Below, one piece after another: positions 56,944 through 64,000 of a DNA stretch of 64,000 nucleotides. Origin of the DNA: an uncultured delta proteobacterium (GTDB taxonomy: Bacteria > Myxococcota_A > Polyangia > Polyangiales > JAFGIB01). The position numbers and the translations under genes were made by a program. The stretch's first letter is position 1. Each line of letters opens with the position of its first letter. The stretch lies in NCBI GenBank assembly GCA_963778655.1, contig CAVZVA010000010.1, forward strand, positions 1,440,001 through 1,504,000, read 5' to 3'. The notes beneath the pieces are model-generated. The model saw nothing but the letters and a program-made list of their open reading frames with translations, did no database searches and was not told the origin of the DNA.

Positions 56944-58614
56944 GTGCAGCAAGGCGATGCACCCCCGTCCGGCTCGCTCAAGCTACGGCGCCCACGCAAG
57001 GCCGCCGCCGTGGCGCAAGGCGGCGACGCCCAGCGCCGGGCGCAAGAGCTGGGCGACGTGCTCGATGCGCTGGTGCGCGCGTTGCGGCAGGGCGACACGC
57101 TCTCGGAAGGTCTGGCGCGGCGCGCGCGCGAGCTGTGGCTGGCCGAGCACGAGCATCTCGTGCAGTGGCGTCCGACTGAGCTGCGTGCAGGTGGTCGTCT
57201 GGTGCTGGCAGCCGCGGCCGCTAGTGGTCGCTTCATTCTGCCCGCCTACGACGCCGGCTTGCGCGCGATCGCGATCCGCAGCGCCAGCACCTCGGCGGAC
57301 ATCGTGCGTCTGGCGGCGCGTCTGGCCGCGCTCGAGGCCGGGCGCTTCGACGGCTCCGGCTTTGCAGCCTGGCTGTGGCGCGGCGGCGCGCTCGGCTTCG
57401 ACGTCGCGCAGACCGCCACCGTCGAGGAGCTTGGCGCCGCGCTGATCGGCGCCGAGCTCGACGAGGCCGCGCACTGGAGCCGGCGTTCTGAGCAAGCGGT
57501 AGGCTTGTGGAACGACCAGGCCTGGCGCGCGGCGCAGGCCCTGCCCGCCGCCGCGCTGGCCGAGCGCTTCGGCGCGCCGCTGCTGCGAATGCAGCAGCGC
57601 GCGCTCGGCGGCGAGCTCGCGCTTGTGCGCGAAGACGCGCAGCGGCTGCGCCGCATGGCGGACGACCCCGGGCGCTGGGCGGCCGCCGAGCTCGCGTTGC
57701 TCGCCGATCAGCCGTGGCTGCGCCCGGCGCTCGGCGCAGGTCAGCTCGGCTTTCGCATGGTCGAGCTGATCGAAGGCAGCTCCGAGCTCGACGACGATCT
57801 GCTCGATCTGTTCGCCGCGTTCGACGTGAGCCCGCCCGAGGTGGAGGCCGGCGCACCGCTCGACCTCGCGCTGGTAGGCGAGGCGTTCGGCTGCAAGCTG
57901 TTGTGCGGCGGGCTCGAGCTCGAGGGGTTGCTGCGCCTGGCGCAGCGCTGCGATCCGGCGCTGTTGTCGGGCGTGATCGCCGCGCTGTGCGCGCGCGCCG
58001 AGGACGACGAGGTCGCGGTGCAGGCGCTGGTCGACCTGTCGCGCCACCTGGGTGCGAGCGCCTTGTTCGAGCGCATCGAGCTGACGCGGCTCGGGCCCCA
58101 GCTCGGGCTGGCGCTGGTCGCGGCCGCGCTCGGGCAGGGCATGGCGCAGCCGCTGCTGCTGGAGGTGCTGGCCCGCGTTCCGGTGACGACCGCGCTCAAG
58201 GTGTTGTGCGCGCAACGCGAGCTGCTCGCGCGCGCCCAGCCGCTGATCGAGCGCATGCTGGGCGAGCAGCCGCAGACGTGCGGACCGCTGCTGCCCGCCG
58301 TGGTCGAGGCCGGCCCGGCAGGGGCGCGCGCGGTCGGCTCCGTGTTGCTCGCGCGGGCGGGCGCTGGGCTCTCCCGGCCCGTGCTGCGCGCGGCGCTCGC
58401 GGCGCTGGTGCGCGCCGGCCAGGGTGCGCTGTTCGTGTTGCCGCTGTGGGACTCGCGCAATCACGAGAGCTCGGCGCGCCTGGCCGCGCTGGCCGCGCTC
58501 GAGACCGACCCGGCGCTGCTCGCGCGCGCCGTGCGCGGGCGGGCGATCGCGCTGCTCGAGCCGCCCGAGATCCGCGAGGCGCTCGAGGAGCTGCGCTGGA
58601 GGCAGCCGCGATGA
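56944..58614 (+). CDS. Hypothetical all-alpha (HEAT-like) protein
   Basis: Long ORF with GC3-biased codons and Leu/Ala-rich helices; ATGA overlap with the next gene. Start uncertain (56944 or 57010). Confidence 0.65.
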   Translation: MQQGDAPPSGSLKLRRPRKAAAVAQGGDAQRRAQELGDVLDALVRALRQGDTLSEGLARRARELWLAEHEHLVQWRPTELRAGGRLVLAAAAASGRFILPAYDAGLRAIAIRSASTSADIVRLAARLAALEAGRFDGSGFAAWLWRGGALGFDVAQTATVEELGAALIGAELDEAAHWSRRSEQAVGLWNDQAWRAAQALPAAALAERFGAPLLRMQQRALGGELALVREDAQRLRRMADDPGRWAAAELALLADQPWLRPALGAGQLGFRMVELIEGSSELDDDLLDLFAAFDVSPPEVEAGAPLDLALVGEAFGCKLLCGGLELEGLLRLAQRCDPALLSGVIAALCARAEDDEVAVQALVDLSRHLGASALFERIELTRLGPQLGLALVAAALGQGMAQPLLLEVLARVPVTTALKVLCAQRELLARAQPLIERMLGEQPQTCGPLLPAVVEAGPAGARAVGSVLLARAGAGLSRPVLRAALAALVRAGQGALFVLPLWDSRNHESSARLAALAALETDPALLARAVRGRAIALLEPPEIREALEELRWRQPR

Positions 58615-59861
58615 ATGACAAGCCCGATGCGCTCCAGGCGCAGGCGTCTGCGGTCGAGGCGCTCGAGCAGCTGTTCGCGCTCACGCGCGAGATCGCGCTG
58701 CGCGGCGTGGACGAGGCGGCCGGCTCGCCGAGCATGCGCGCGTTGCAGCGGGCGCTTTCCCGGGCCGCGCCGCCGTTTTCGCTGCAGCTGCTGAGCGACG
58801 CAGTGCTGCGAGACAGGCGGCCGTTGCCGCTGTCGTCCGAGCAGCTGCGGCGCTGCCAGTCGCTGTGCGCCGCGTTTGCGCGCTGGGGCGTGCAGCAGGT
58901 GAGCTTCGACGAGGTGCCGGAACCGGATGCGCTGCTGCAGCTGGCCAAGGCGTTGTTCACCGTCACCAACAGCGGTGGCGGCTCGCGGCCGCCGCAGCTG
59001 CCGGGCCTGCGCTTTGCCGCGCTGTCGCGTCCGGGGCTCCACCCGGCGCCGAGCGAGGCGCTGCTCGACGTGTACCTGAGCGAGCAGATCGCGCGCGCGG
59101 TCGAGCACGCGCAGCAGTTGGCGGCCGGCGGCCGAGCCTGGCCGATCGCCGCGGCCCAATCGCTGGTGTGGCGGATCGAGCGCTGCCTGGCCGCGGGCGT
59201 GAGCGCGACCGCGCGTGCGATCGAGCTGGCACAGGTGCCGTGGCCGCTGGGGCGGCGCAGCGTGGCCGCGGCCTTCTACGCCGGGGCCACCCTCTCGCGC
59301 CTGCAGGTCAGCCCGCTGTCGCAGCGCGCCGCGATGCACGCGATGCTCGCGCTGTGCCGTTACGGCTTGTGCGAGCGCGGCGGCGAGCCGCTGCAGGGTG
59401 CCGCGCAGCTCGCGGCGCCGGCGTTGTCGGCGGCGGCGGCGGGCGGCGCGCTCGACCCGCACGGCTTGCGCGTGTGCACGCTGCTGCAGGCCGCGTGCGC
59501 GCGCGATGGCCGTTTCGCGCCGCCCTTGCTGCCGCTGCTGCGCGCGGTTTACGAGCTCGAGCGAAGGCGGCAGCCCGCCGAGCCGGAGCTGTGGCTGTCG
59601 CGGGTCGATCTGCAGGCCTGGCTTGCAGGCGCCCTCGACCACGAGCTCGATCCCTCGTGGGGACGCGCGTTGCTCGGCGTGCTCGGCCTGTTGCCGGCCG
59701 GCAGCCACGTCCTGGCCGACGGGCGGCTGGGGGTGGTCATGGCGGCGAGCGAACAGGGCGGGCCGCTGCGCCCGCGGATCTTGGTCGGCGGGCAGATGCT
59801 CGTGCCCGAGCAGCCGGCGCAGGCGTGCTCTCCGCTCGGCATGACCCCCTGGGCAAAATGA
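58611..59861 (+). CDS. Hypothetical protein resembling a degenerate HD-GYP protein
   Basis: C-terminal LDPSWGRALLGVLGLLPAGSHVLADGRLGVV resembles the HD-GYP tail, but no HD or GYP motif is present. Confidence 0.55.
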   Translation: MNDKPDALQAQASAVEALEQLFALTREIALRGVDEAAGSPSMRALQRALSRAAPPFSLQLLSDAVLRDRRPLPLSSEQLRRCQSLCAAFARWGVQQVSFDEVPEPDALLQLAKALFTVTNSGGGSRPPQLPGLRFAALSRPGLHPAPSEALLDVYLSEQIARAVEHAQQLAAGGRAWPIAAAQSLVWRIERCLAAGVSATARAIELAQVPWPLGRRSVAAAFYAGATLSRLQVSPLSQRAAMHAMLALCRYGLCERGGEPLQGAAQLAAPALSAAAAGGALDPHGLRVCTLLQAACARDGRFAPPLLPLLRAVYELERRRQPAEPELWLSRVDLQAWLAGALDHELDPSWGRALLGVLGLLPAGSHVLADGRLGVVMAASEQGGPLRPRILVGGQMLVPEQPAQACSPLGMTPWAK

Positions 59862-59907
59862 GATAGTCCCCGTCCGGAAACGCAGCCGCCCTGGCACCAA
59901 GAGATCC

Positions 59908-59970
59908 ACAGGAAGACGGGAAGATGGGAAGCCCCGAGTGTTTGTTCTCCTCGCCTTCCCGTCTTCCTGT
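59908..59970. repeat. REP-like palindrome, copy C
   Basis: ACAGGAAGACGGGAAGATGGGAAG ... CCTTCCCGTCTTCCTGT. Confidence 0.75.
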
Positions 59971-60068
59971 TGAATCCTCCGAACGCCGTTCGAGCCGTGC
60001 GCGTTTCCGGATGCCGGCGCTGCTGCAAGCGCCGGCCGGCTTGCGCGTGCGAGCGTGGTGGCTATGTC

Positions 60069-61010
60069 ATGGCCGTGAGGGGCTATGCCGTCGGGTTATG
60101 CCTGGGCTTGGCGTGCGGGTGCGGGGCGAGCTCGCAGGCCGCACCTGCGGTGAGCTCGCAGCCTGCGGCGGCGCCCGCGATCAGCTTGAAGGACGCCATG
60201 CGCCATCACTTCGCGGACGCCACCGCGGCGCGTGACGCGGTGATCGCGGGCCGGCTCGAGGACACGCGTCCTCCGCTGCGCGCGTTGGCCGCGGCGGCGC
60301 CGGAACGCGTGCTGCCCGACGACTGGGTGCCATGGATGATGGACATGGCTGCGGTGGCACGTGAGGGCGCGCAGGCGCGCACGCTGGACGAGGCGGCCGC
60401 CGCGGTGGCGATGCTGGGCGCGTCCTGTGGCGATTGTCACCGCACGACCCACGGCGGGCCGCGCGATCCGGCCAGCACCAAGGCCGACTACCAGCCCGAG
60501 GGGCGCACGGGGCTTGCGGAGAAGATGGCCCGGCACCGCTTCGCGGCCGACGCGTTGTGGTTGGGCTTGACCGGCCCGCAGCACCAGGCTTGGGCGCGGG
60601 GCGCGGCGGCGCTGATGAACATCAATGTTCCGTCGCTGGTCACCGCGCAAGGCCGTCCCGTGGTTCAAGACCGTGCGGCCAGCGGCGAAGGCACGCTGCA
60701 GGGCGAGGCCGATCCACGCCTCCCCGAGCAGGAGCAAGCGCAGCAGCAGCAACAAGCGGAGCAGGACCAACCGCCGCAGGGACAAGCGGAGCCCTCGGCG
60801 CAAGCGGACCAGCCCAAAGCGCCTTCGGCCGCCGGCACGATCGATCTCGACGCCGCGCTGCGCGCCCTGCGCGAGCTCGGCAAGCAGGCCGACCAGGCCA
60901 AGATCGCCAGCGAGAAACAGGCGGTGTTCGGCAAGGTGATCGCGCGTTGCGGCGACTGCCACGCCGCGCTCGGCATTCATGTGAAGCTGATTCCGGTGAG
61001 CCCGGACTGA
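60069..61010 (+). CDS. Di-heme cytochrome c'-like lipoprotein
   Basis: Lipobox LACGC; two helical repeats (MRHHF / MARHRF), each ending in CGDCH. Confidence 0.8.
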   Translation: MAVRGYAVGLCLGLACGCGASSQAAPAVSSQPAAAPAISLKDAMRHHFADATAARDAVIAGRLEDTRPPLRALAAAAPERVLPDDWVPWMMDMAAVAREGAQARTLDEAAAAVAMLGASCGDCHRTTHGGPRDPASTKADYQPEGRTGLAEKMARHRFAADALWLGLTGPQHQAWARGAAALMNINVPSLVTAQGRPVVQDRAASGEGTLQGEADPRLPEQEQAQQQQQAEQDQPPQGQAEPSAQADQPKAPSAAGTIDLDAALRALRELGKQADQAKIASEKQAVFGKVIARCGDCHAALGIHVKLIPVSPD

Positions 61011-61246
61011 TTCGCTGGCGCGTCGCGGGCACACCGGCTGCAAGCGCGGTCTGCGCTTGCGGCAGTGAGCGCGCCGGCGCGCGCGGCTGGGCTCGCGTCC
61101 GCGTATGTCGCCGCGGTTTCTGCGCGGTTTCTCGGCCGCATAATCGCCTCTGCCCGTGGCGAAACACCTCCCCAGGCCGCCCGGAATCTGCCAGCGTCGA
61201 GCTGGCCGAGCTGGCGCCGGCAGTCGTCCGCGCGGAGGCTGCTCTC

Positions 61247-62290
61247 GTGAACATCCTGCAGTTGCCGCTTCGAGGGCGCGCAAGCGAGGCGCGCGTTCCG
61301 TCCACGCCGCCCTTCCCGCTGCAATACCGCACCGTGCACGGCCACAAGCGTGCCTTCGTGCAGGTCGGGCAAGGACCCGTGCTGCTGCTGATCCACGGCA
61401 TCGGCGACTGCTCCGACACCTGGCGCGAGGTGATCCCGAGCTTGGCGCGCGATCACACGGTGATCGCACCCGATCTGCTGGGACACGGCCGCTCCGACAA
61501 ACCGCGCGCCGACTATTCCGTCGCCGCGTACGCCAACGCCATGCGCGATCTACTGAGCGTGCTCGAGATCAACCGCGCCACGGTGGTGGGCCACTCGCTC
61601 GGCGGCGGCGTGGCGATGCAGCTCGCGTATCAGTACCCGGAACGCTGTGAGCGGCTGGTGCTGGTCAGCTCGGGCGGCGTGTGCCCGGAGGTGCATCCGC
61701 TGCTGCGCCTCGCGTCGGCCCCCAATGCCGATCTGTTCCTGCCGCTGATACACGTGCCGGGCGCGCGGCTCGCGACGCGCTGCGCGTTCGCGCTGCTGCG
61801 CGTGATGGGAAGCGACCTGGGCGCCGACAGCGAGCACCTGCTGCACGTCTTCGACGCGTTGCCCGATGCGACCTCGCGGCGCGCCTTCGTGCGCACGCTC
61901 CGCTCGGTCGTCGACTGGCGCGGCCAGGCCATCACCATGCTCGACCGCTGCTACCTGACGCGCGGCATGCCGGCCTTGCTGCTGTGGGGCGCACGTGACG
62001 CCGTCATTCCCTTCCATCACGCTCAGATCGCGCATGCGGCCATGCCCGGCAGCCGGCTCGAGGTGTTCGCGCAGGCCGGCCACTTCCCGCATCTGACCGA
62101 TCCCCCGCGTTTCGTGACGGTGCTGCGCGACTTCCTGCAGCAGACCGCGCCCGCGTCCTACAGCGTCGAGCAATGGCGCGAGGCGTTGCGCGCCGGCCGG
62201 CCCGACGCGCCCCAGGTCAACGGCCTGATCCGCAGCCTGGCGGCGGGGGCGCGCCGTTCGCGCGCGCCCAAGGCGCTGCCGGAGCTCTGA
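61247..62290 (+). CDS. Alpha/beta-fold hydrolase
   Basis: LLIHGIG, PDLLGHGRSD, GHSLGGG, WGARD, GHFPH; GGAGG RBS before GTG. Confidence 0.92.
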   Translation: MNILQLPLRGRASEARVPSTPPFPLQYRTVHGHKRAFVQVGQGPVLLLIHGIGDCSDTWREVIPSLARDHTVIAPDLLGHGRSDKPRADYSVAAYANAMRDLLSVLEINRATVVGHSLGGGVAMQLAYQYPERCERLVLVSSGGVCPEVHPLLRLASAPNADLFLPLIHVPGARLATRCAFALLRVMGSDLGADSEHLLHVFDALPDATSRRAFVRTLRSVVDWRGQAITMLDRCYLTRGMPALLLWGARDAVIPFHHAQIAHAAMPGSRLEVFAQAGHFPHLTDPPRFVTVLRDFLQQTAPASYSVEQWREALRAGRPDAPQVNGLIRSLAAGARRSRAPKALPEL

Positions 62291-62357
62291 TCACCGCGAC
62301 AGAGCGCTGGCCGAAAACGGCCCGGCGTGTACGCTGCCCGCGGAAGGCAGGTGTCGC

Positions 62358-62705
62358 GTGTCAGACGACCCGGGTGTCAGGTGTTGGACATGCTATGGCG
62401 AAGGCGTGACCGCGAGCGAGCTGGGCCCGGCGTGCTGCCCCGACTGCGGCGACCTCGGGCAGCTGCCCTCGCCGCTGGTGCTGACCGAGTGGCGGCTGCG
62501 GTAGCTCGAGCGCGCGTACGAGGCCAAGGGCGGCGAAGCCGGCCGCGACGTGAGCTGGCTGGTCACCGAGGTGCGCCGCGCCCATCACGCGCTGTTGCAG
62601 ATCCTGGCCGCCAGCCAGGACGCGGACGAAGGCGACGCGATGGCGACCAAGATCAAATTCATCGCCAACGACGTGCTGCGCGTGTATCCGCCCAAGCCGG
62701 CGTGA
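62358..62705 (+). pseudogene. Zn-ribbon (CxxCxGxG x2) small protein with in-frame TAG at 62502
   Basis: VSDDPGVRCWTCYGEG...CPDCGDLG...EWRLR*LERAYEAKGG...IKFIANDVLRVYPPKPA; codon bias continues across the stop. Confidence 0.7.
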
Positions 62706-62845
62706 GACGCGCCCGCACGCGCCCTGTGTACGCGTGACCACGCAGGAAAGTCGCGCTGGCAGGTCCGCATACGACAATTTTGTGCCAGCTTTTTGTTGCT
62801 ATGAAGAAACGGCAGTGAAATCTGCCGCCGTCTACGTGTGCAGAC

Positions 62846-63373
62846 ATGCACGACGCGGACGAGGTGGAGCGCCGCACGCTGGTCATCGTGGGCCACGGCA
62901 TGGTGGCGCACCGCCTGTGCGCTCGAAGCCGGCTTCGAGCGCGGGCACGCCTATGGCAAGGCGGTGCGCACGCTCAAGAGCTGCGTGGGCAGCACCTGGT
63001 GTCGCTACGGCGTGCAGGACTCGGTGGCGTTCGCGATCCGCGTCGAGGAGCGCTACAAGGGCCTGCGCGTGCCGCACAAGCTCAAGTCGGCTGTCAGCGG
63101 CTGCACGCGCGAGTGTGCCGAGGCGCAGAGCAAGGACTTCGGCATCATCGCCACCGAGAAGGGCTGGAACCTCTACGTGTGTGGCAATGGCGGCATGAAG
63201 CCGCGCCACGCCGACTTGCTCGCATCCGATCTCGACGACGACACCTGCATCCGCTACATCGACCGCTTCCTGATGTTCTACATCAGGACCGCCTGACCTA
63301 TGCGGCCTTCGACCCGTTCTCCCGCCAGCCGGCCTACAAGGCCTGCGCGGTGTGGGTCGAGCGGCTGGATTAG
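62846..63373 (+). pseudogene. nirB: Collapsed nitrite/nitrate assimilation locus: nirB 5' end + nirB siroheme segment + nitrate reductase C-terminus
   Basis: LVIVGHGMVAHRL; then GHAYGKAVRTLKSCVGSTWCRYGVQDS...PHKLKSAVSGCTRECAEAQSKD...DRFLMFYIRTA; then LTYAAFDPFSRQPAYKACAV. Confidence 0.88.
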
Positions 63374-63398
63374 GGGTGCAGGCCGAGCGCGCGCCGGC

Positions 63399-64000
63399 TC
63401 ACAGCGGCGGGGGCACTTGCGCCGGTGGGCCGCCTTCGCCGCAGCTCTGATCGGGGTTCTTCGCAGTGTCCTGAGCGCACACCGTCTGGCAGCCGAGCAA
63501 GATCTCCAGCTTGGCATTGGGATCGGAGCGCACCAGATCGCAGGCCGCGGGGCAAAGCGTGATGCGCGTGGGCGCGCTCGGCATGTCGTAGTACCAGGAG
63601 TTGGTGGTGCCGCAGGCGCTCTCGTCGGAGACCTGACCGAGCGTTCCGGCCATCCCCGTGCTCGGCGTGAACGTGACGTTGACCTTGGCCGGGTCGATCA
63701 TCATGCCCGGGTCGCTCGCCTGCGGCATCGGGAAGTCGCAGGACAGCGCCTGCCCGCGGATCGCGTTGAGCGCGTCCACCAGCTCCTGCTCGGCGCTGGC
63801 ACTGGTGTCGATGAAGATCGCCTGCATGGTGCCGCCGGCCTGCGCCAGCTGGTTCATCTGATCGGTGCTCGAGCCCTCCAGGCCGATCGCGTAGGTCGCC
63901 ACGCCGGTATTGGCCAGCGCGTCGGCCGCCAGCTGCGAGATGTCGTCGAAGTTCTCGTCGCAGCCGTTGGGCATGCCGTCGGTCACGAAGACCACGACCG
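63399..64000 (-). CDS. vWA-domain protein (myxobacterial type), 5'-truncated by window edge
   Basis: VVFVTDGMPNGC, TYAIGL, LAQAGGT, SCDF, KVNV, WYYD...ITLCPAAC, LGC. Confidence 0.85.
   Translation of the reverse strand, partial: VVVFVTDGMPNGCDENFDDISQLAADALANTGVATYAIGLEGSSTDQMNQLAQAGGTMQAIFIDTSASAEQELVDALNAIRGQALSCDFPMPQASDPGMMIDPAKVNVTFTPSTGMAGTLGQVSDESACGTTNSWYYDMPSAPTRITLCPAACDLVRSDPNAKLEILLGCQTVCAQDTAKNPDQSCGEGGPPAQVPPPL

Noticed and set aside
62502..62504. Pyrrolysine or stop-codon reassignment at the in-frame TAG
   Set aside because: Many genes here end normally at TAG, no pyl genes are visible, and a single G-to-T change explains it.
62750..62830. Sigma54 promoter upstream of the nirB remnant
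   Set aside because: TGGCA is present but there is no correctly spaced -12 GC; only an AT-rich patch can be supported.
1..64000. tRNA, rRNA, integrase, transposase or prophage genes
   Set aside because: None recognised by eye; a covariance-model scan would be needed to exclude small RNAs.

Overview
A very GC-rich bacterial window. The gene content and style (Gly/Thr-rich lipoprotein linkers, Cys-rich repeat proteins, a DUF1592/DUF1552 pair, an ECF-FecR-TPR module, a PEGA/TPR protein, a vWA protein) point to Myxococcota, probably Polyangiales-like; this is an inference. It holds about 45 genes, mostly metabolic and envelope: citrate synthase, NDH-2, phosphomannomutase, POT transporter, MutS-like ATPase, Ser/Thr kinase, 3-hydroxyacyl-CoA dehydrogenase, UbiD-family decarboxylase, Pat-type acetyltransferase, ALDH and acyl-CoA synthetase. 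I saw no rRNA, tRNA, CRISPR array or transposase. Non-genic structure read directly from the sequence: (i) two inverted copies of a 171-bp CTAG-bounded hairpin/MITE-like element with strand-biased G-T pairing; (ii) a three-copy ACAGG..GACGGGAAG REP-like palindrome family; (iii) two 'collapsed operon' scars (nirB/nirB/nitrate-reductase C-terminus; regulator/regulator/Cys-rich protein); (iv) a TANNNT box 5-7 nt before the start codon of about nine genes, suggesting leaderless mRNAs. Three +1 frameshifts and one in-frame TAG may be sequencing errors. All family assignments come from motif recognition; no database search was run.
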